The notes under the pieces are model-generated. The model ran no database searches, was not told where the DNA came from, and worked only from the letters and a program-made list of their open reading frames with translations. A stretch of 32,000 bases of DNA, from contig NC_014736.1 in assembly GCF_000172995.2 (NCBI RefSeq), positions 178,351 through 210,350 on the forward strand, read 5' to 3'. The position numbers and the translations under genes were made by a program. Positions 24,958-32,000 of this stretch are shown here, piece by piece; within the stretch, counting starts at the first letter, position 1; every line of letters starts with the position of its first letter. The DNA comes from Halogeometricum borinquense DSM 11551. GTDB taxonomy: Archaea > Halobacteriota > Halobacteria > Halobacteriales > Haloferacaceae.

Positions 24958-25332
24958 ATGCGACCGATCAAGACACGCGAAGCGCCCGCTGCAGTCGGGG
25001 CGTACAGTCAGGCGACGACGAACGGGAATCTTCTGTTCACCTCGGGACAAATCCCGATGACACCGGATGGGGAACTGCTTTCGGATGCGAGTGTCGCCGA
25101 ACAGACTGTACAAGTTCTCGACAACGTTGCGTCGATACTTGACTCCGAGGGGCTGACGATGGGCGATGTGCTCAAAATGACGGTGTACCTCGGTGATATC
25201 GAGAACTTCGACGAGATGAACGAACAGTACAGCGAATACTTCGAGGACGCCCCACCTGCACGAAGCGCCGTTGAGGTTGCTAACCTTCCGAAGGGAGTCG
25301 ATATCGAGATCGAGGCTATCGCAACTCTCTGA
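24958..25332 (+). CDS. ridA: RidA (YjgF/TdcF) family reactive enamine/imine deaminase
   Basis: APAAVGAYSQA...NLLFTSGQIPMTPDGEL..., PARSAVEVANLPKGVDIEIEAIA: canonical RidA, 124 aa. Confidence 0.88.
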   Translation: MRPIKTREAPAAVGAYSQATTNGNLLFTSGQIPMTPDGELLSDASVAEQTVQVLDNVASILDSEGLTMGDVLKMTVYLGDIENFDEMNEQYSEYFEDAPPARSAVEVANLPKGVDIEIEAIATL

Positions 25333-25362
25333 GGCACTGAAATTCCAACCAGCAGCGATGCG

Positions 25363-25373
25363 TTTTTCTCTTT
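25363..25373 (+). terminator. T-rich tract (TTTTTCTCTTT) downstream of ridA
   Basis: Begins 31 nt after the ridA stop codon. Confidence 0.35.
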
Positions 25374-26439
25374 AATAGTAGTCTGGATGCTTTCGGGTCG
25401 GAAGTCGTGACATCTTCTTCGTACGCTGTTGTAGCGCTAGCGCTTCCAGAGCGGCTTGATGGCCTGTATTCGGATACTGACTAGCTACCGGATTGATTTT
25501 GTCGCGTTGATCCATACTTTCCCACACTGGGAAACACCACGATCCACCTCTAGTCGGCGTAGCCTTGTGTCTCTGTGATTCTGTGACCGTGGCGTAGAAA
25601 TACAGGGTGACTAGATCGTCTATCACGTATTCCTGCCTCGAACAACGTCTATTCATTACAAGATTAGGCGTGTAATTCTGGCTATCGCCGGTCGTCTACT
25701 CATGTCCGCTTCCGACTATCAACGTGGTTTCGTACGTATCGAGGGTCGCTTAACGAGCAACTCAGCTGAAGCTCTCGGAGTCGGCAGTATCAATTCAATC
25801 GCCGGTGAGGGGGTCTCCGAAGCGTCGCGTGAATACGCGCTTGTTACAGTTAGTTTCTTAGTTTCCCAGGAGCCGAAATGATACGGACGGCGGTGTCTCG
25901 TTGAAAGGTTTCTTCTTATGATTCTTTTTCATTCGTGGAATTCTCCCAGATTAGGAGCAAGTAGATCTTTCCACCGTTATAAATGCTCTAGATACAGATA
26001 GAAAAAGCGAACTAATATAGAACACGCAAATACACGCTCAAAATTTGTATATATGAGTCCAGATTGGAAAATATATGGCTGAATATTGTTGGTAAACGGC
26101 ACGATTACAGTTTTAAGATATAGATATTGCTCGTGTATCTGTGGTTGGTATTCCGGAATATGTTTGCCTTGACCAGAGACCTTGCACTTCAAAAGGTCTC
26201 AACTACGGTACGGCGATTCCCATCTTGTGCGTCGGAGATTGAAGATATATTCACCGGTTTTCGTGACGCTAGCTCACGCGAACCCGACGCTGAATCTCGG
26301 GATAAAAATCCTCTTAGAACCAGTAGAGCGCTGCATTTGGCTCTCGTAATCGGTGAGACGCGTACATACCTCGGGCAGAAATAGCATCGATACTATACCA
26401 CATGGTTGTTGGTGCTATTGTCTGTGGCAAGTGGTCACA

Positions 26440-28146
26440 ATGAACACTGTTGAACGATGGAAACAAGAACAACATCCGCTCGATGTTATCGAGAACGTCT
26501 ACGAGTACGCTGAGGGAGATTTTTCTTTCGAGGAGATTGAGGCACAAGCAGGCGACGGCGAGTGGGAGCGTCTGAAATGGGCCGGAATGTACGCCCACGG
26601 ACGCCAGGACGACTACTTCATGCTTCGGACCAAAGTTCCCGGGGGATTTCTCACGCCTGAACAGGCTGAAGCCATCGGTACGGTTGCCGACGAGTACGCT
26701 ACCGCTCCCGAGGAGCACGGTGGCGAGGCACAAAACGCAATCTGGGGTGACGCATTCTTGGATCTCACCACCCGTCAGGACGTCCAGATGCACTGGATCG
26801 CGGTCACCGACATACCCGCGATCTGGGACACGTACGAAGCAGTTGGCTTGACCACGATTCAGGGCTGTGGTGACTCCGCACGCAACGTCCTCGGCTGTCC
26901 GGCGGCCGGTCTTGACGATCACGAATGCTTCGATGCTCAGCCAGTTATCGATGCTGTCTCGGACTTTTTCACCAATAATCGGGAGTACGCCAACCTCCCG
27001 CGGAAGTTCAAGATGACCATAACCGGGTGTCAGGAGGACTGCGCCCAGTCCCAGATCAACGACGTCGGTCTGGTCCCGGCTCGAAAGCATGTTGACGGCG
27101 AGGATATCTACGGCTTCCATGCCCGCGTCGGTGGTGGTCTCTCAGATGGTCCGCGGATGGCCTCGAATATCGATGTCTTCATCCGACCCGAAGACGCCGT
27201 GGAGTTCTGTCGTGCGGTCGCTCAGACGTTTAAAGAACTGGGTGATCGAACCAACCGTGGACTCTGTCGGATGCGCTATCTCGTCCAGCAGATGGGACCG
27301 AGTACATTTGAGGCGGCTGTTCGCGACCGCTGTGATGTCGATCTCCACTCTCGAGGACAGGATCTCACCCGTGGTTACCGGGGTGATCACGTTGGCGTCC
27401 ATCCTCAAAAACAGGACGGCCTGTTCTATGTCGGTTTCAACGTTATCGCCGGACGAATGGGTGGCGACGAACTTACGGCGGTTGCACGAGCAGCCAAGAA
27501 ATACGGAACCGACGATACCTCGATTCGGTTGGCGACTGACCAGAACTTCCTTCTCACTCATATCCCCGAAGACAATCTTTCGGCACTACTGAACGAACCG
27601 TTCGCCCGGAAGTACGAACACAATCCTGGGCCGTTTGCAAGGGGTGTGGTCGGGTGTACGGGCTCGGAGTTCTGCAGCTACGGGATTATCGAGACGAAAA
27701 AGCGTGTTTACCGCTGGGCACGGGCACTAGACCGCCAGATAGCCACGCCGGACGACCTTTCGGTGGTTCGGATGCACATGTCGGGTTGTTCGGCGTCCTG
27801 TGCACAGCCCCAAATCGCGGATATCGGATTCCGCGGCGAGACGGTTGTGGTGGACGACTCCGAAGGAAGCACGAACGAAGCGGGTGATAATATCACCGAG
27901 GGTATGGATGTCGGCCTCGGCGGTAGTCTTGGGCCCGACAACGAGTTCCTCGATTGGGTTGCGCACGCAGTCCCTGCGCAGGCCGTGATTCCGGCACTAC
28001 AGCAACTATTCACCGTCTTTACCGAAGAGCGCGACCCCGACGAGCGATTCTACGAGTGGGCCCGCCGGGTGAGCAACGACCGCCTTCGAAGGATCATGCA
28101 ACGGGCGGACGCTAACGTTTCCGGAGGGGTCGCTCATGACGGCTGA
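26440..28146 (+). CDS. siroheme/[4Fe-4S] sulfite or nitrite reductase (assimilatory NirA/Sir type)
   Basis: Two-fold NIR_SIR architecture. The cluster/siroheme-coupling cysteines are VVGCTGSEFCSYG (C-x5-C) and MSGCSASCAQPQIADIGFRG (C-x3-C), with the degenerate pseudo-repeat GCGDSARNVLGC...TGCQEDCAQSQIND in the first half. The ATG at 26440 (MNTVERWKQEQHPLD) is preferred; the track starts at 26353. Confidence 0.88.
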   Translation: MNTVERWKQEQHPLDVIENVYEYAEGDFSFEEIEAQAGDGEWERLKWAGMYAHGRQDDYFMLRTKVPGGFLTPEQAEAIGTVADEYATAPEEHGGEAQNAIWGDAFLDLTTRQDVQMHWIAVTDIPAIWDTYEAVGLTTIQGCGDSARNVLGCPAAGLDDHECFDAQPVIDAVSDFFTNNREYANLPRKFKMTITGCQEDCAQSQINDVGLVPARKHVDGEDIYGFHARVGGGLSDGPRMASNIDVFIRPEDAVEFCRAVAQTFKELGDRTNRGLCRMRYLVQQMGPSTFEAAVRDRCDVDLHSRGQDLTRGYRGDHVGVHPQKQDGLFYVGFNVIAGRMGGDELTAVARAAKKYGTDDTSIRLATDQNFLLTHIPEDNLSALLNEPFARKYEHNPGPFARGVVGCTGSEFCSYGIIETKKRVYRWARALDRQIATPDDLSVVRMHMSGCSASCAQPQIADIGFRGETVVVDDSEGSTNEAGDNITEGMDVGLGGSLGPDNEFLDWVAHAVPAQAVIPALQQLFTVFTEERDPDERFYEWARRVSNDRLRRIMQRADANVSGGVAHDG

Positions 28147-29782
28147 GAACACTGAAAACGAGCGCGAGCAACCGTTGCCGCACGTCCCGGACACGGGTGG
28201 CGATGAGAGACGAGACGTTGATGTTGGCTACCTGCCTGTGGGTGGGCACCGATCCGGATCTGGCCCCCGGACCGACTCGGATCTGAACCCAATCACGTAT
28301 CGGCGGCGGTCCGAGGGATCTGACGACAAAGATGCCCACCAGACTAACGAGGAGTGTCGCTGTGGGCGTGGATGCGGGTGTGACGGCGGCCCTGACCGGG
28401 AGACGACGAACGCGTCCCCAGTTTCCGTTGACGGTGGCACGCGGCCGAGCAATGTCGATAGTGAGGGGAACCTCACGACCTTCGAATTCACGACGCCCAG
28501 CGAGGGCAAGAGTCAGGACGTTTCCGAGGAGCGTCCAGATAGACGCGTACAGGTGCCCGAGGGGGTCGATCTCGACACGCCGGACTACTCTATCCGTGGG
28601 GAAATGAACGATATCGACGAACCCGACAACAAGACGTGGTTTATGGAACTCGACGCGGCCGTCATCGACGAAGGACGGTGCATCCAGTGTGGCACTTGCG
28701 TCGCATCCTGTCCGTCGGACTCCATCGGACTCGGCGACGACGGCCTCCCCAAACTGGTGAAGATGTGTACGGGCTGTTCGCTCTGCTGGGATTTCTGTCC
28801 GCGCGGCGGCCTCCGATACGAGCGTCAGTGGAAGATAACCGGCGGCGACGACAACGTGAACGGAGCCGGTGATCCGATTACCGAGTTCTCCGCGAAAGTC
28901 GAAGAAGCGTGGCGTGAGAACGCACAGGATGGCGGACTCGTCACGAGCGTTCTTATCCATTTACTTGAGGCGGGCGAAATTGACGGAGCAATCATCGCCA
29001 CCGAGAGCGCGGACGAACCGTGGAAGGCCGAGAGCTTCCTCGCAACGACGCCCGAAGAACTCATCGAGAACGCGGGGAGCTTCTACAATCAGACGATGGC
29101 GCTCGGGAACCTGAACGTCGATCAGTGGGCGGAGAAACTCCCAGAGAAAGACCCCGAAGCCCTCTCGCTGGCGCTCGTCGGAACGCCATGTGAAATCGAG
29201 GGGATCCGTGCCCTGCAGGACTTTGCGTGGGACTACGCAAGCCAAGAGGACGGTATCAGAGCAATCGATTACACGATTGCGTTGATGTGTACGAAGAACT
29301 TCAATTACGAGCGCCTCATCGGTGAACAACTCGAAGCGAAACGCGGGATTGATCCCGACGACATCGGCAAGATGGATGTCCTCCACGGAGACATGCTGGT
29401 TTACGACCGCGACGGTGAGATGATTCTTCAGGAGGACATCGAAGCGTTTCACGGCGCGGCACTGAAAGGATGCGACGAGTGCGCTGACTTCACCGGTTAC
29501 TGTGCCGACCTGACCGTTGGTTCGGTCGGTTCCGGCGATGAATACTCAAGCGTCATCGTCCGTACCGAACAGGGACTGAAAGCTTGGGAGTTGACTGAAC
29601 CCGACTTGGACTATCACGACTTGGAGGACCGGTCAGCTATCGGTAGGCTCCAATCATGGGACAAAAAGAAGGCCTTCGAATCACTGCAGCGCCCGTTCGA
29701 TCCGGACGCGCCGCGATTCATCGAGTATCCCGAGCATGCCGGGCAGTACGATGTGGTGCTGAACCCTCACGAATCACAGTAA
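28136..29782 (+). CDS. FrhB/FdhB/FpoF-like flavo-iron-sulfur protein (2x[4Fe-4S] ferredoxin domain + F420-hydrogenase-beta-type domains) with an N-terminal extension of about 156 aa
   Basis: Ferredoxin motifs CIQCGTCVASCP and CTGCSLCWDFCP are followed by QDGGLVTSVLIHLLEAGEIDGAI, LALVGTPCEIEGIRAL, MCTKNF and ADLTVGSVG, the pattern of FrhB_FdhB N and C domains. The ATG at 28136 overlaps the reductase stop (28144-28146) by 11 nt and has GGAGG (28123-28127) 8 nt upstream. An alternative internal start is ATG 28604. Confidence 0.8.
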   Translation: MTAENTENEREQPLPHVPDTGGDERRDVDVGYLPVGGHRSGSGPRTDSDLNPITYRRRSEGSDDKDAHQTNEECRCGRGCGCDGGPDRETTNASPVSVDGGTRPSNVDSEGNLTTFEFTTPSEGKSQDVSEERPDRRVQVPEGVDLDTPDYSIRGEMNDIDEPDNKTWFMELDAAVIDEGRCIQCGTCVASCPSDSIGLGDDGLPKLVKMCTGCSLCWDFCPRGGLRYERQWKITGGDDNVNGAGDPITEFSAKVEEAWRENAQDGGLVTSVLIHLLEAGEIDGAIIATESADEPWKAESFLATTPEELIENAGSFYNQTMALGNLNVDQWAEKLPEKDPEALSLALVGTPCEIEGIRALQDFAWDYASQEDGIRAIDYTIALMCTKNFNYERLIGEQLEAKRGIDPDDIGKMDVLHGDMLVYDRDGEMILQEDIEAFHGAALKGCDECADFTGYCADLTVGSVGSGDEYSSVIVRTEQGLKAWELTEPDLDYHDLEDRSAIGRLQSWDKKKAFESLQRPFDPDAPRFIEYPEHAGQYDVVLNPHESQ

Positions 29783-29802
29783 AATCGACCCAATCGACGA
29801 CG

Positions 29803-30132
29803 CTACTCGGACCGCGTCTTGACCGCGGTTCCAGAGAGGTTGACCCACAGCATCCCCTCACCCATCTCCTCGTAGTCGAATGTCGCACCGACGATTGCGT
29901 CTGCATCGAGTTCGTGGGCCGCTGCGGTAATATCGTTAATTGCTTCTTTGCGCCCGGCTTCGACTTTCTTTTCGTAGGACCCACTTCGTCCACCGACGAC
30001 ATCACGGATGTTTGCGGCGATATCGCTGACGACGTTCGCTCCGATGATAGCCTCACCAGAGACAACACCGAGGTATTCAGTGACTGCGTGTCCTTCGAGA
30101 CTATCCGTTGTCGTGATTGTAATATCAGACAT
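29803..30132 (-). CDS. YbjQ family (UPF0145, putative heavy-metal-binding) protein
   Basis: 109 aa. ...VTEYLGVVSGEAIIGANVVSDIAANIRDVVGGRSGSYEKKVEAGRKEAI...AHELDADAIVGATFDYEEMG...MLWVNLSGTAVK is the canonical YbjQ pattern. Confidence 0.85.
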   Translation of the reverse strand: MSDITITTTDSLEGHAVTEYLGVVSGEAIIGANVVSDIAANIRDVVGGRSGSYEKKVEAGRKEAINDITAAAHELDADAIVGATFDYEEMGEGMLWVNLSGTAVKTRSE

Positions 30133-30267
30133 ATACTGCGATATTGTGTCAATAGGATAATATAATTATCGGGTTTTCACCGCCCTTGCCAGTGCGGACT
30201 GAGCGGGATGCTCTGTTTCGTGGTGATCTCACCTCCTGATTAGCGTTGTTTTTCCATTGTTTTCGTG

Positions 30268-31956
30268 TTAGTTGCCGACGCGGTTGTAGAGTTCGATAGC
30301 ATCGACCACGTCGTCGTTGAGGTCCATGTCAGTCTCTAGTTCGACGTGAGCCGTCTCAGCTATCATATCAACAATGCGCTGTCGTTTTTCGGACGTATCG
30401 AACTTGTTCATGAGCGGTTCTCCAACACTGATCTCGATCGACCAGTACTGACCGGGGTAGGCGGTCCGCATATTGTACGGCGAGTCGTGGTAGGCAAGCC
30501 GGACGGCGTAGGCAGATAGTGTGGAGTCGATGTCGGTGTACTTCTCGGGGACGTGTTTATCCTCTAGCGTGATCTCGATGATGTCGCGCTGCGGGTGCCC
30601 GTAGCCGGGTTTCGGGCGCTGTTCGTTGTTGTACGCACCGGCGGACATCGTTTTGCCGAAGTTCGCCGGTCCGAGCCACCAGATCACAGCCCCGTCGAGG
30701 TGGTAGGGCAATGGGCTGGTGTTTTTGAACAGCAGTACTTGGTACCAGAACCAGTCGCTCCCGTGGATTTCGGCGCTCGCCTCCATGGGCGCGTTCGCGG
30801 TGAAACGGTCTCCGCCCAGTGGTTCACCCGTGGCTGGATGTGTGTTGTTCTGTAGGGTGTCGAGCAGCGCGCTGTCGTAGTTGTCCAAATACTCGAAATC
30901 GTCCGACCATGCGGGATCGTTCTTTGCCTGGAAGTACACCCGATCGCGCTCTTTGACTTCTTCGTCTTTTTCGTTTCGCGCGTCCGTGGGCCACTGTTCT
31001 TGATAGAACAGCGACGGATCGTTACTGGCCGGAATCGGGCCTGCAGTCTCATCCCACGCCTCGGAGCGGCCGGCGCCTTGGAAGGTCGGATCCTCCGTCT
31101 TGTCGGGCAAGAGCATCAATCGCGGCAGCAGTTGAGCGATGGCGTGATCCGGCAGTCCCTCCGAGCGGAATTGTTTGGCCCAGTCGAGCGCCTGCGTTCC
31201 GAGCGAGTCGAAGGTCAGCGACCCATCGGAAACGTTGTTTCGGATCGCATCCAGGTCAACGTTGAAATCGGCTGCTTTCTCTGCGTCGGTCCAATTTACC
31301 GTGGTCGCGCTGTGGCCGTCGCTGCTTCCGTGTCCACCGGTGTTCTCCCCGGGCATGAAGTCGAGGAAGATGTCGGGGATGTACCGCTCTTGGTATCTCG
31401 GGAAGAACTCCGCAATCGTTGTCTCGGGCGTGAGTTCTCCCGGGTTCCCGCTGTCAGATTCGACAGTCACCGTCGTCTCCGCGGTCGCAGTGGCTCCGGC
31501 AGCGTTCGTCACTGTCAGTGTGACTGTGTACTCCCCAGCGGTATCGAAGCTCACTGTGGTCTCGACGCCGGTTACGGGATCTCTGTCGCCGACTGTCCAT
31601 TCGTAGGAGGTGATGTCGCCGGTCGATTTCGAGGCGTCCAGCGTTACCGTCTCGCCCACAGTGACCGTCTCGGTGTTCGTCTCGATGACGGCTGTAAGCT
31701 CTGTGCCGCCACCACCGCCGTCCTCGCGTATCTGCTTCCACGGGTTCCCGCTCTTTTTTTGCGGTTCGGTGCCGTGCGTCCACCACTTTGCTTCCCAAAT
31801 ATAGCCCTCGTAGACCACACGGTCACCGCTGGTGTAGGTGGTGTCGGGATCCCACTTGGGAGGTGACTCAGCTCCTGCTACCGTGGCACTCGCTCCAGCG
31901 ATTGTTGTGAAGAGTGCTGATGCGGTGCGTAAGTATTCGCGTCGATTTTGTTTCAT
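30268..31956 (-). CDS. secreted multidomain protein: Tat signal, CBM5/12 chitin-binding domain, PKD domain, and a C-terminal domain of about 390 aa with unknown function
   Basis: Signal MKQNRREYLRTASALFTTIAGASATVAGA. CBM5/12 signature WDPDTTYTSGDRVVYEGYIWEAKWWTHGTEP...NPWKQI (nt 31729-31857). PKD repeat VTVGETVTLDASKSTGDITSYEWTVGD...AGEYTVTLTVTNAAGATATAETTVTV (nt 31459-31701). The remainder (nt 30271-31449) carries no catalytic motif I recognise: no GH18 DxxDxDxE, no HExxH, and no N-terminal His of an LPMO. Confidence 0.8.
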   Translation of the reverse strand: MKQNRREYLRTASALFTTIAGASATVAGAESPPKWDPDTTYTSGDRVVYEGYIWEAKWWTHGTEPQKKSGNPWKQIREDGGGGGTELTAVIETNTETVTVGETVTLDASKSTGDITSYEWTVGDRDPVTGVETTVSFDTAGEYTVTLTVTNAAGATATAETTVTVESDSGNPGELTPETTIAEFFPRYQERYIPDIFLDFMPGENTGGHGSSDGHSATTVNWTDAEKAADFNVDLDAIRNNVSDGSLTFDSLGTQALDWAKQFRSEGLPDHAIAQLLPRLMLLPDKTEDPTFQGAGRSEAWDETAGPIPASNDPSLFYQEQWPTDARNEKDEEVKERDRVYFQAKNDPAWSDDFEYLDNYDSALLDTLQNNTHPATGEPLGGDRFTANAPMEASAEIHGSDWFWYQVLLFKNTSPLPYHLDGAVIWWLGPANFGKTMSAGAYNNEQRPKPGYGHPQRDIIEITLEDKHVPEKYTDIDSTLSAYAVRLAYHDSPYNMRTAYPGQYWSIEISVGEPLMNKFDTSEKRQRIVDMIAETAHVELETDMDLNDDVVDAIELYNRVGN

Positions 31957-32000
31957 GGTTGTCTCCGGGAACCCCTGTGTTGGTCGCTGTCAGGGTAATC

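Noticed and set aside
25372-25656. 94-aa ORF on the minus strand in the long AT-rich gap
   Set aside because: The predicted protein is strongly basic (many R/K/H), unlike the acidic proteome of the rest of the window. No domain is recognisable and there is no convincing TATA box or start context. It is kept only as a possibility under the gap finding.
25702-25881. 59-codon ORF on the plus strand (MSASDYQRGFVRIEGRLTSNSAEALGVGSINSIAGEGVSEASREYALVTVSFLVSQEPK)
   Set aside because: Third-position GC is only about 50% by my count, well below neighbouring genes. It has no motif and no obvious promoter. The evidence is insufficient to call it.
25934-25976. Possible replication-origin (ORB-like) elements: oppositely oriented TTCCAC-containing motifs next to an AT-rich stretch
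   Set aside because: Only two short, imperfect motifs are present. No orc1/cdc6 gene is adjacent, and there are no longer conserved ORB repeats. The AT-richness is more simply promoter or spacer DNA.
26314-27120. 268-aa ORF on the minus strand, antisense to the sulfite/nitrite reductase
   Set aside because: It is a shadow ORF of a well-supported gene, with no family resemblance.
28112-28960. 282-aa ORF on the minus strand, opposite the N-terminal extension and ferredoxin domain of the FrhB-like gene
   Set aside because: The product is Arg/Val/Thr-rich and basic. The plus-strand frame continues seamlessly into clear ferredoxin/FrhB motifs, and has a Shine-Dalgarno sequence plus a stop/start overlap with the upstream gene. 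It does make the coding status of 28136-28603 somewhat less certain; see the finding on that region.
31000-31866. 288-aa ORF on the plus strand, antisense to the CBM5/12-PKD gene, and other antisense ORFs of 100-220 aa across the window (for example 1582-2202, 7853-8428, 9184-9786, 11298-11966, 22696-23355)
   Set aside because: All are embedded in genes with strong family signatures on the other strand. They encode Arg/Ser/Pro-rich basic polypeptides typical of out-of-frame or antisense translation of GC-rich DNA.
1-32000. Scan for CRISPR arrays, tRNA/rRNA genes, IS elements, integrases, toxin-antitoxin pairs or known defence-system genes
   Set aside because: I saw no regularly spaced direct repeats and no tRNA-like T-arm (GGTTCGAATCC-type) context. 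There were no transposase, integrase or nuclease/ATPase defence signatures in any frame. A by-eye scan cannot exclude small or divergent elements.

Overview
The window reads as haloarchaeal (class Halobacteria) chromosome or megaplasmid. Supporting signs are strongly acidic predicted proteins, twin-arginine signal peptides followed by a lipobox Cys, a halocyanin, and GC-rich coding sequence separated by sharply AT-rich spacers. TATA-like boxes sit about 25-30 nt upstream of many start codons, the leaderless-mRNA architecture. I count about 30 credible CDS. I found no rRNA, tRNA, CRISPR array, transposase or integrase.

Layout:
- 1-12.4 kb: a mixed transporter and envelope region. It holds the tail of a nitroreductase-family gene, an MFS sugar porter, a BASS-family symporter, an HxlR regulator, an orphan ABC substrate-binding lipoprotein, a two-domain halocyanin, a secreted protein of unknown function, an MscS channel and an NhaC-type antiporter.
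- 12.6-25.3 kb: a compact glycine/serine/threonine catabolic island. The order is iclR, then gcvT-gcvH-gcvPA-gcvPB, glyA, a threonine/serine ammonia-lyase, a serine hydrolase, and lpdA, lipA and ridA.
- 25.3-26.4 kb: a 1.1 kb AT-rich non-coding gap.
- 26.4-29.8 kb: a siroheme sulfite/nitrite reductase translationally coupled to an FrhB/FpoF-like flavo-iron-sulfur protein.
- 29.8-32 kb: a YbjQ-family protein and a secreted CBM5/12 + PKD protein with a large unassigned C-terminal domain.

Most second-look-worthy items:
- The split, Fsr-like reductase pair and the Cys-cluster-bearing N-terminal extension of its partner.
- An unlisted 54-codon ORF with exact C4HC3 (PHD-type) cysteine spacing.
- The chitin-binding protein with an unknown domain.
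- A halocyanin domain whose copper-ligand Cys is replaced by Ser.
- A TRAM-like mini-protein overlapping the stop codon of the antiporter gene.

All functional calls come from reading motifs by eye. No database search was possible.
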